Below, piece after piece: positions 36,266 through 64,000 of a DNA stretch of 64,000 nucleotides (within the stretch, counting starts at the first letter, position 1; each line of letters opens with the position of its first letter). Position numbers and translations under genes: made by a program. Source of the DNA: the human T2T-CHM13v2.0 reference genome, Homo sapiens; the NCBI RefSeq assembly GCF_009914755.1, contig NC_060939.1. One strand, given 5' to 3'. Below the pieces are notes generated by a model. That model saw only the letters and a program-made list of their open reading frames with translations, was not told the origin of the DNA and did not search any database.

Positions 36266-38697
36266 TAAAGGTCAGATAATCATGCATCTTGTCGACTATA
36301 AAGGCCAAATCCTTTCCCCCAAACTAAAGTGAATAAGAACAAAGGCCTAGAGGTAGAAAATCCAGTAGGAGATATTGGAGTGAGTTTAGGGTCTGGGAAG
36401 TTCCAGAGAAAAAAGGGAGAATCCTGATCCTTCAAGCTGTACCTGAATGCTTCCCTTTTCACCCCTCCAAATTAAGTAAGATGTATTTGGCTTGGAATTC
36501 AGACAGTGTTGGGGGTTCTGGTGCCTGGGGACTTTGGCTGTGAATCCTGTGGGAGAGAATTGGATGTCTTGGGCACGAACTTCATGCACTTTCTTGGATT
36601 CCCTAGCCACCTCCTTCTTTCTGTCTCTTGGTTGGCACCCTGCCTGTGCTAAGTAGCCCTTCTACTTCCATGTCTATAGTAGAAATGCCATACAGCAGAC
36701 CATGGGAGCTGACTTCCCAACAGCCATCCAGGGAGCAAATGATGCAACTGAGAAGTGCAGGGGAGTTAGCTCCTTGTGGGGTGGAATCTTGGCCAACAGA
36801 AAACAGGAGAAGAGAGTGGAACAGAAGCATTAATTCCCTCTCATATCTCCCCTTGGTGAACTGCTCCAAGGTGCCATTTCTCCTTTCAAACACCATGTGC
36901 TTGGCAAACAAGCCTGACAAGGGACGTGCTCTCTCCTAATAGCTCATATGAAGTGGCGGCCGGCACAGTACTGCGTCATCTTGCATTGCCTTCGTCTCTT
37001 CTCCCTTTCACCATCCTGGACTTCCACCTCCCTGCAAAATGTCAGCACTTGCCTCAGGGTCTGCTTTCTAGAGACTTGGGTTAAGATATGGAGATAAAAT
37101 CAAAGCCCCCATCTCTACATTAAGTCCCCATATAACATAAAGGTCCTGAGGACACAGCTGAGTTTTCCCACTCAAATGCAGGGAATCCAGCCCAGACTGC
37201 TGGCTTCCTCTCGGGAATCCAGTGTCAGGTCACTGGGTCAGGCCATCTCGGGACTACTCCCCAGGAGGCTGAGGCTCATTCCACAGGCTTTCTCTTTACT
37301 CTCTTGCATTTTTTGCTGGTCACCTAAGATATCCCTTGGGAAAAGCCAGACCCAGGCTTGTGGCCTGTTCTGCCTTCTGAGTTTCTGTGCTTTTAGGTAA
37401 CTAGAGGGCAGGAGGCCAGAGTCTGGAAGTTCAAAGTCCCCTCTACAGATGGCCAGCTAAAGGCTTTGGTCAGCCCAGGCTTCTAGAGGGCAGAGGTTGC
37501 CATAATAGCTGTGTCTGGAGTTGGGGCTAGGGAGACAAAGAGTGGCCCTCTGCCCCTTCTTAGTTTGTACTTGGCACAGACTTGGCCACCTCTTTGCAGA
37601 TCCCAGCTGGCTCGGGCTGCAGGCTAGAAGGGCAGCTGAATGGCCCACATTGCCTCTTAGCTCCCTGAACTCATGCAGTTTCTTCCAAATAATACAGGGC
37701 TGTGTAACATAATTGTGCAAATATACTGGCCATGAATGAGGCTCAGAGGCCAGAAACAGCCTGTGAGTCCCTGCTGGGTTTGGCTATGTCATGATGGAGG
37801 CAAGTGCAATCAGGACAGTGGCTGCTCAAAGATTACAGCCCAAGCTGGAAAGGATCAAGTGAGATTCTGTGATCTCCACATCATAGCACCCTCTTTTGGA
37901 AGGTATTACATGCATGTTCTGCTCCACTGAGGCCAGGGTGAGCCCCCAGGTCTGGTCAGAGGACATAGCAGAACCAGAGCTGCTTCAAGGTCAGAGGTCA
38001 CCAGTCCTATCTCAGACCAGAGGACTTTTCTCCCTACATCCAAGACACCCAGATTGCATCCAGCGAGAGAAATTCATTCTAGGGGATCTGCTGGAGGCTG
38101 AAGACTCTGCCCAGAGCCCCTAAGTTCTAGAGGTTGTAAGAGGGCCCCCAAAATTCAGTGTCAACTGAGAGACTCCCCTGAGGAGTCTTTCGATTATGTG
38201 GCCTCAATGTAATAATGGGCCATGGCCAGAGTTGGAGGAGTAGAGCAAGCTGCAGGTTGCTGGTCCAAGAGTGCTTGACTGGTTGCTTCCATCCTGTCCT
38301 ATGTATCTCCTTGGGGCTTGAGGCCTAGGAGCCAGTACTGCTCAGGTATTTTGACTATCTGGTCAAGACCAAGGTCACTGGAGCGTGAGTCAGCCAAGTG
38401 TTGAATGAGTAATCTCTCTTTGGGGGTAGTGAGCAGATTAAGGTTGACTTACCACCATAGACAGACCATTATGGAAGCCACAAAGCTGAGAGGTAGGGGA
38501 ATGGCTAAAGTGTGACCTCTTGCTAAGACGAAGAAATCACATGAGCTAGGATTGAAACTCATGGAGCAGGACATTATCAAGGATTCCTCATGATGGTTAC
38601 CAGCTCAAAGAAAGCCCACGAATCAGAGAATCCTCACAACTGACAAACAAAGATCTGGGAATGCTTAATCTCTACGTCAATCTTTAAATCCAAAACT

Positions 38698-38985
38698 GGC
38701 TGGGCACGGTGGCTCACACCTGTAATCCCAGCACTTTGGGAGGTCAAGGGAGATGTACCACTTGAGGCCAGGAGTTCAAGACCAGCCCGACCAACATGGC
38801 AAAACCCTGTCTCTACTAAAAATATAAAAATTAGCCAGGTGTGGTGGTGGGCATTTGTAATCCCAGCTACTCAGGAGGCTGAGGCATGAGAATCACTTGA
38901 ACCCAGGAGGCAGAGGTTGTAGTGAGCTGAGATCACGCCACTGCACTCCAGCCTGGGCAACAGAGGAAGACTGTCTCAATAAATA
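38698..38985 (+). mobile_element. Alu (AluS)
   Basis: Alu consensus. Confidence 0.95.
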
Positions 38986-39228
38986 ACTCAAAACCATGTC
39001 AAAAGGGAAGTGGGATGCTTCAGTTCCAAAGGTCCATCCTCTCAGGGATGTCCATAAACAACAATGGACAAAGGAGATATGTCCCAGTGGAAAGGACCAA
39101 AAACAATAGGTTTTGTTGGCCAAGAAATTCACTCCACTGTCCAGAAGGATGTGTTATATGCTGTAGATTAGTGACCATTGTATTCTCTTCTCCCTATTCC
39201 AAATGGAAGGTTTTTAAATAACTGTTAT

Positions 39229-39488
39229 AGCGAGGTGCAGTGACATGCACCTGTAGTCCCAGCTAGTCAGGAGGCTGAGGTGAGAGGATCACTTGAGCCT
39301 AGGAGTTCAAATCTAGCCTGGGCAACATAGCAAGACCCCATCTTAATTTTAAAAAAAAGAATTAAAAATTATTCAGTGGTGTGTATTTGTATTCCCAGCT
39401 TCTCAGGAGGCTGAGGCAGGAGAATTGCTTGAGCCCAGCAGTTCAGGTCCAGCCTGGACAGCATTAGCAAGGCCCCATCTCTTTAAAA
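39229..39488 (+). mobile_element. Two tandem FLAM/Alu monomers
   Basis: Two left-monomer-like units. Confidence 0.8.
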
Positions 39489-40247
39489 CAAATTGTGATC
39501 TTCTTTTTCTCCTTATTTCACATTGGTTATAGGGCAAGTATGGGGTAGCTAAGTTTATCTTTTACCTATAGATGGCAAAATCTTAAGAAGTCATATCCAG
39601 ACCTGAGCAAGAATTGCCCATCACCAAGGGACCCTGGACTGAGGACTCAATAAAGCAACTGGATGTAATTCTGTTTTATCTCCCCTTGGGAAATAGGTGA
39701 ATGTGGTTTTTGTTGGGTCTATGATTATTGCATTGTCAGGCAGGCACATTTTTGAAATTGTATGTTTGTCAAGAAAAGTATAGGTGGATGCAATAAAGGG
39801 TGGGATATAGTGGGTGCATTTCATTTATCTGCCCATCATCTCTTCCTTAGGGACCCATTTCTCCCCTTCCACACAGTCCTGATGAAGTTGTCAATTATGG
39901 TGGCCTACTCTTCTATCCTAGTGGTGGGCATGTGTCCAAAGCTGGCCAAAGTCCTCCCTGGGATTTTAGAACTAGAACTAATGAGGCCAACATATGGAAG
40001 GAAGCAGAGCCAAGAGATGGAGACATCATCCTTTGAACCCCTAGATCCAGCCATGCTTCAAGGCAGATACATGCTTTGATTTATCAGTTATGTAAATCAA
40101 TTAATTTCCAATTGGCCTAAACATGTTTGAGTTGGGTTTTTGACACTTGCAACTGAAAAGGTCCAGACTAATACATGCACACAGAGAGACACAAACACCA
40201 TATTGTTCAAGCTCATCAGACATTATATAAGTCTTCCATGATCTTAC

Positions 40248-40445
40248 CAGGGGTCAGCAAACTTTTTGTCTAAAGGACAAGATAGATATTTTAGGCTGTG
40301 TGGGCCATATGTGGTCTCCGTTTCACTTTCTTGTTTTGTTTTGACGACCCTTCAAAAATGTAAAAAAAATTATTAGTTTGGTAGTTCATACAAAAATAGG
40401 CCACAGGCCAGATTTGGCCCACAAGCCATAGTTTGCCAACCCCTG
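40248..40445. mobile_element. MER58A (hAT-Charlie MITE)
   Basis: TIRs caggggtcagcaaact / agtttgccaacccctg. Confidence 0.88.
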
Positions 40446-41499
40446 ATCTAGACCATGTCAAACCCTGAAGCTTTGGAATCACACAGTCTGCCAGTCCTTA
40501 GCCCATACTCTAAAGTATGAAGCCAGATATTTTAAATGTCATTTTGGTTCAAGTGTCTTGACATGACTTGGTAATGGTAAGGTTCAGGGTAGAGTTAGGA
40601 ACGGGAAAAGGGTCTTATCTTGTGCCCATTATCTGCCATATAACAGGTACTGAATAAATGGTAATTATTATTATTTCTTGGTAATAAAGATAATTTTTCA
40701 AAATGATGCAGCTGTCTAAATGGCTTTGTCCAAATGTCCCAGTTCATCCTTGAAGACTTTTCCCCTTCTTAATCTCCTTCAGAAAGTATTTCACAGACCT
40801 CCCCCACCAATAAAGTCTGAACTAGGTACTCTCATTCTTGCTAGCACAGACCTTCTATGGCCCTCCATTGTAACTGGATTATTTGTCTCTCTTTCCCCTT
40901 AACTCTGAGTACTTTGAACATACCTGAGCCCCGACACGTAGCACAGTGCTTAGCACCTAGCCTGAGGGGACTCTCTGCTTCCATGTGAATATTAGTTTGA
41001 GGGTGCGGGTACTGTGTGTCTCTATTTGTGTCTAGGGTGGTCACTCTAGGTGTCAGCATTGTGCTGGTGCACATACACCCTCTGGTTCTTCCCTCGGTTG
41101 GAAAATATTTGTGGATGTCCATCACACCTTACCTGGTAATATTACTGCCAGATCTATGTTTCATTCCCATTCCCTCCAAAAATGAGTCGAAGACAGAAGA
41201 ACAGGTGGGAACAAGTTTTCTTAGAAACTGTTATGAAGGAGGAGCCCTCCACCCCCACCCCCACATCTTTTACTATCTGACATGTTATCAGATCAGAGGC
41301 CTTCAGCCTCAGCAACATCTGGGGATTAGAGGGACCCCACACAGCTGGGGCCTCAGACCAAGCTGATCCATGCCTGTGGGGTGGAGGGGAAATCCTCCTG
41401 GGAAAAATATGTGCAAGGCCCTACAGGCCCAGGAAAGGCTGACCAAGGCAAGGTGAGTCATGGTGTTCTAAGCTGAATCTTTTGCCCATCTCACAGAAG

Positions 41500-42815
41500 C
41501 AGGCAGGAAGCACCACCATTGATCAGCTTTATATGGCACCCACTGTATACAACAGACAGACAAAGACAGACAGACAGAGCACACACCACTTCTAAGCTCA
41601 ACACTGCTCACCAACTAGAAGCACCTCGGTTAAGCACATGTGAGACACTCTTGCATAGGAAAGATGTAGTTTTTAAAGGAATGAAGAAGTATTTTGGCAA
41701 AACATCTACTTCCCTCCCAGGTCTGGGGTAAAGAGGGACCTCTAATTCTGAAGCTTCTACATATTGAAAAATTTCCCCTTCTCAATGGCAGTATATACAG
41801 TAGCAAACCTTCCAAGTCTGTTGTCACAGCCCTCTACAGATATCCTGAATCTACTTTACAGGTGGGCAAACTTAGACTAAGAGACAGAAGGTAGCCTGGA
41901 GCAAGGGGACACTGGGACTGGTTCAAGGGGAAGGGAAACAGGAGGTGTCTCAGCTCAGCCAAAGGCAGGGCCTCTGTCTACCTGGATTGGCAAGGGAAAG
42001 GCTCAGGTGGCCAGAACTCCCTCTTTCTTCCCGCCTGGGGAAGCAGTGGTTCCACAGGAAAGGCAATCCCACTCTTGCTGGCTAGGGGGCCTCCCGGGAT
42101 GGCAAAGGCCAGGGCCAACCTGAGCTCTGCCTGGGGCCTCTTCTGGGATGCACTCTGAGTTTGGGGATTGTGGATTGTGGGTTCACTGCTTCCATAACGT
42201 TCTAATTACCTGCATGTGAGCCTAGACCTCAAATCCTTAATTATTTTTAAAAGGGCAGGGTGGGGGAGTGGCTTAAGAGGGAATGAGACACAGAACAATC
42301 TTTCCACAGCCCCCATCTGCCTAGGCTGGGGCTGTCAAGGGTCTCCTTCACCCTGTCTCCTAGGGATATTTAAAGGCAGCTTTTATGAGACTCTATACTG
42401 TCTTTTTTTGTAGTTGTTTGTCTTGTTTTTTGTTTGTTTGTTTCTTTGTTTTAATTTATATAGATATATATATTCTTAAAAAAGCAATAGTCCTTTGGTC
42501 CCTAAACTCTAAGGAATGATATGATTTTGAAAGAAGTAAATCTGGGCTTCCCTTGCGGAGAAGCCCTTGGCACCCCCAACGCCCTCTGCTGGTTCCCCTG
42601 GACAGTCACTCCTCACCAGCCCTATTTGCTCTGCCAGCCTGCGCTCTATGCTGCAGGCACAGAACAACCCACTTGATAAAAACAATCCTTAGAGTGGCCT
42701 TAGCCCCAGGCACCAGCCTTGGGTCCGATCCACCTCCGTCCGCAGCTGCTCCTTCGGGAAGGGCTGCTCAAGCGTTTCTGTGCTTTTCCTCTCCTTTCTT
42801 CTCACTCTTCTGTTT
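41500..42815 (-). other. CELF6: CELF6 terminal 3'UTR exon; both ends approximate
   Basis: Repeat-free segment; candidate acceptor caacag at 42818-42816 (alternative at 43091-43089); variant poly(A) signals ATTAAA 42455-42450 and TATAAA 41533-41528. Confidence 0.6.
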
Positions 42816-43737
42816 CTGTTGTTGTGTATTAATTGATAAGGAGAGATAGGGGGGAAAAGGCAAGAATCACCTTGGAGGGCAAGACCAGAAGAGCAGCTTG
42901 CCCCCATGAGTGACGTCTCAGGTGAGTGGCTGGACCTCTCTTCCTGAGGAGTAGGGCTGCAGCAGGACCCAGGCAGCAGCCCCGTCCACTGAAGCCAGAC
43001 TTGAGTCCTGAGCAAAAGACCCCAACCCCACATCCCCTCTAGAAGGTTCCTGGGGTAGCTCAAAGTGAGGCAGGGCCATGTGGGCCTTCTGAGACAGAAA
43101 ATCTCTAAAAGTTGCAGGCAGCATCCTATGGACCCATGACCTTGCCAAAAATGTAGAAGAACTTGGCCCATCTTTCTCCCCATCACCCACCAGGCCCTGC
43201 AGATTCTACCTCTGAAGCATGTTTGCTTCTCTTCCTCCATCTCCATGTTCACTGCCACTATCTCAGCCCTTACTTCTAGTCCTTTCTCTGCTTAAGCTCC
43301 TCAACAGTTCATTCTCATCTTCAGGATAAAGTCCAAACTCATGGCCTGAAGACCCTTGAAAACTGGCCCAAAGCTACTTTTCTAGTCTCATTTTCCAGTC
43401 TCCTGGACCCTCCCCGCATACAGGTTCTCTACTCTCATTGGCTGTCTCTGGAGTAGAACTGCTTCTCCAGGCAGAAAGACTCTGATTGTCTCTCCTAGAC
43501 TTCGGGGCAGGAATGTTGTCCAATTGATCTCCTTGGATTGAAGGAAAAGCAAAGTCTCCATCTGAGGTTTCCTCCTAGCTCCTGGCTCTTCTCTCTATCC
43601 CAGACTTTCTCAGAGGTGGGTGCCTCCAAGGTCCCAAAAGGAGGACCATCAAAGCTGGGAGGGCCTCATCACTCAGGCCTCATCTACCTGGGGTCCATCA
43701 GGGACTCACCTTTCTGTGGCTGGTCAGTGAAAGCAGG

Positions 43738-61267
<17,530 letters not shown>

Positions 61268-61804
61268 CTGAAAGACATCGGACCAACACACCCATTCAGC
61301 GTGACTGCCTGGTCCTGGAGCCCCCAGCTTCTCGAACCCTGGACTCCTCAGGATCTGAGCCCTAGCCCCTTTGAACTCTGCACTCTACCACTTCCAAACT
61401 GGGATTACAGATTTTCTCCAAGATTCCTTCCTTAAACCCAGGAATTTAGAAGGTGCTGAAACTGGCAGGGATGGGTGACAGGAACTTAGTGGCAAGCACA
61501 AGGTGGAATGAAGCGGCTAAAGAGACTTTTCTGCCTGGGGCTCTGGGCAGGGGCTATGTGAGGCCTGTCCCTTTGGCTTCTGGACTTACTTAAAGGCTTT
61601 GCATGAGAGGATTGGGAAGGAGGGTAGAATTGATACTGCAGATTTGTGTTTTATGTCTAAAATGGAGAATATCACGCTATGTGTCATTTAGATGAGAGTC
61701 TGGGAATCAGACTCAGTGCTATCTGCCCTCAACTCTAGTCATTTAATGGTTGTATGACTTTAAGTAAGCCACCTTTTCTCAGATTCAATTTTTCTTTTTC
61801 TCCT

Positions 61805-61979
61805 GTGTAGCTGAAATTACAGGCACGTGCCACCAGGCCCGGCTGATTTTTGTATTTTTAGTAGAGACAGGGTTTCTCCATGTTGGCTAAGTTATTCTTG
61901 AACTCCTGACCTCAAATGATTCACCCGCCTCAGCCTCCCAAAGTGCTGGGATTACAGGCGTGAGCCACTGCGCCCGGCC
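61805..61979 (-). mobile_element. Partial Alu inside a MIR
   Basis: Left arm of a reverse Alu. Confidence 0.88.
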
Positions 61980-62852
61980 AGATTCAATTTTTCAAATGAG
62001 GAAAACATTTCCCAAGCTGCTGTATCACTAGAGTCTCCACGCTCACCTGCTCCATCCCCTCCCTAGGGTCCCCTTCCCTGAGGATGCTGGAGTTTTCCAA
62101 GGTGCCGTTCTCAGCCCTTTTTGTCTGGCTCTTCCTACTTTTCTTGGATAGTCTCATCCACACTCAGCCTCAGCTCCTCTCCACACAGGGATGACTTAGA
62201 GCTCTGTGTCTCCAGCCTGCATTCTCCTCTGAGCTTCAGAGCCATGTTACCAGCTGCCTGCTGGACATCCCCACTAGAAAGTCCCACGGGCGCCTTCACT
62301 CAACACACCCAAACGAGAGCTCATTTGTTTTTTTTTTTTTTTGCCCCAACCTGATCCTCCCAGTCACCCAAGCTATAAGCCTGGAAAGCAGCTTGACTTC
62401 TCCTTCCATCCCTTCCCCGCTCCCACCAACTTCATCTTTTAATTCAGGGGTTCCTGAGGAAGTGTAGATAAAAATCACCCAGGAACCAGATGAGGCTCTT
62501 AAGTTGGGGTATTGCATAATTTGAAAACGCTCCTAGGTGATTTCAATATATCGCCCCCACATCCCCATCCCCCAACCACCCTGAGTGAATTCATGATTGA
62601 ATCCCCATCTCACCTTCCTCTCATGGGTGTTGTGGGGATCACATGAGGTAATGGGGACGCAAAAGGTCTTTGTAAACTGCCAAGAGCTGGGTGCGTGGGA
62701 GGTGAGGAATTATTGTTGGGGGGCAGGCAGCTGAGTGCCAGGAGGAAAAAACAGCGGCCTTCCCGTTCATGGAGGAAGGGGTACTGATGCCCATCTGGCC
62801 TGAGAAGGTGATGATCTGACCCCCTCCCCTCAGGAAATGCTCTGCTTCTGCA

Positions 62853-62955
62853 CCAATCAGGGGCCACTCCATCCCTTACCAATTTGCTCGTTGCCGAGAC
62901 AACAGGCAGCTTCCTGTTACCATAGCCACAAGTGCTACCCAGTAACCATGGTAAC
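62853..62955. promoter_or_regulatory. Cluster of RFX X-boxes and CCAAT boxes; candidate internal CELF6 promoter or enhancer
   Basis: GTTGCCGAGACAAC 62890, GTTACCATAGCCAC 62916, GTAACCATGGTAAC 62942; CCAAT at 62853 and 62879. Confidence 0.6.
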
Positions 62956-64000
62956 GCCCTGGCAGTCACAGTTGAGCAATTTCCTTTGGATCAAATTTGG
63001 GGGTGGGAGGGGCAGGGAGGGCTTACTAAAAAAAAAAAAAAAAAAGGAAAAGAGAACAGGCCAAGTCTGAACCAGCGCAACTCCCCTCCCACCCAGGGCT
63101 CTGACACACCCACCCGCTGGTGGTGGAGCACCTGCAGTGTACCAGGCTGTGGGTGGGGGCGGAGACACCAACAGGACTCAGGTTGCAGTCTAGAGGGGAT
63201 GACAGATCAATCCAAGCAGATCAGGGCGAGCTTGACAGGTCTGGACTGGCCTGGACCAGGGACCAGGAGGACAGGACCCGTCCCTGGGCATGGCCACCTG
63301 TGATTGTGGAGGAAAGACCAAGAGACAGAGCCATGGAGAGCAGAGACACAGGGAGAGATGAAGAAACACTGGCAGACAGAAATGATGTGAGAGAAAGACA
63401 GTTCTAGAAAGGGGCAAGGAAAGAGAGTTACTGGTGGAGAGGGGAAGGAAATGAGGAGAGGAAGGGTAAGGAAGCGGGTGCAGGAGAGGCAGGGAGGAGC
63501 CTGGTAGGGAAGAAGGCCAAAAGAGTAGAAGCCTGGGGTGGGGGGCAGTGAGGGTGAGCAAGACCATCATTATTTTATTAGTTCTTAAATAGATCCTGAG
63601 AATTTCTCTCTGGAGCCTAGAGTGACGAGCACACGTGACAGCAGCAGTTTCCATGGCAGCTGCCTCCCTGGCTGGGTTTCCTGGGAGATGGTGCTCTGGG
63701 GGACGCCACCTTCTCTCCTCCCACCCACTTCCCCACCCTTCAACAGAGAGTGGGCATCGGGTGGTACATACATGTTCCCCCCTGGACCTGACCTAGGCCT
63801 CCCACCACCCAGGCATGCTGCCAGCATTTCCTGAACTCTGTGATGAGCCCCAGGCAGCCTTTCGTGGGAGACAGTGATGATCTGTATGGGGATCCTCTCT
63901 TCATAGGCTCGCAGAGGGGAAGATAATGTTACCATTTCCTGAGAGCCCACTCTGTGCCAGGCCCTTCCTGGGACACTTTACATACATTGTCTCTAAATCC

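Noticed and set aside
42689-43258. 189-aa minus-strand ORF downstream of the CELF6 stop
   Set aside because: Spans intron and 3'UTR; no recognisable homology or exon structure

Overview
Human (or great-ape) genomic DNA, recognisable as the PARP6-CELF6 locus (15q23 from prior knowledge). Both genes are on the minus strand. PARP6 (mono-ADP-ribosyltransferase) runs from a CpG-island promoter at ~28.8-29.7 kb through 5'UTR exons to an ATG at 24149-24147. I traced 17 further coding exons down to 5921; the last exons lie beyond the left edge. CELF6 (RRM RNA-binding protein) is present from exon 3 (61219-61267) to the stop codon (43738-43740), plus a 3'UTR exon; exons 1-2 lie beyond the right edge. 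Every coding exon has AG/GT boundaries with consistent phases. The rest is repeat-rich: about 40 Alus, L1, L2, MIR, THE1, MLT1, MLT2, MER5A, MER58A and MADE2. Nearly all ORF-track entries are Alu-derived, GC-rich or random. Best leads: (1) two similar 12-nt candidate microexons in the PARP6 catalytic-domain intron; (2) three RFX X-boxes and two CCAAT boxes on a 26-bp spacing above a candidate alternative first exon of CELF6; (3) a stop-free 87-nt CELF6 intron that would add an RG-rich peptide; (4) PARP6 poison-exon, GC-donor and uORF features; (5) a fragmented Gypsy-like pol fossil in CELF6 intron 3. No prokaryotic-type system is present. I cannot check novelty against databases, so some of these events may already be annotated.
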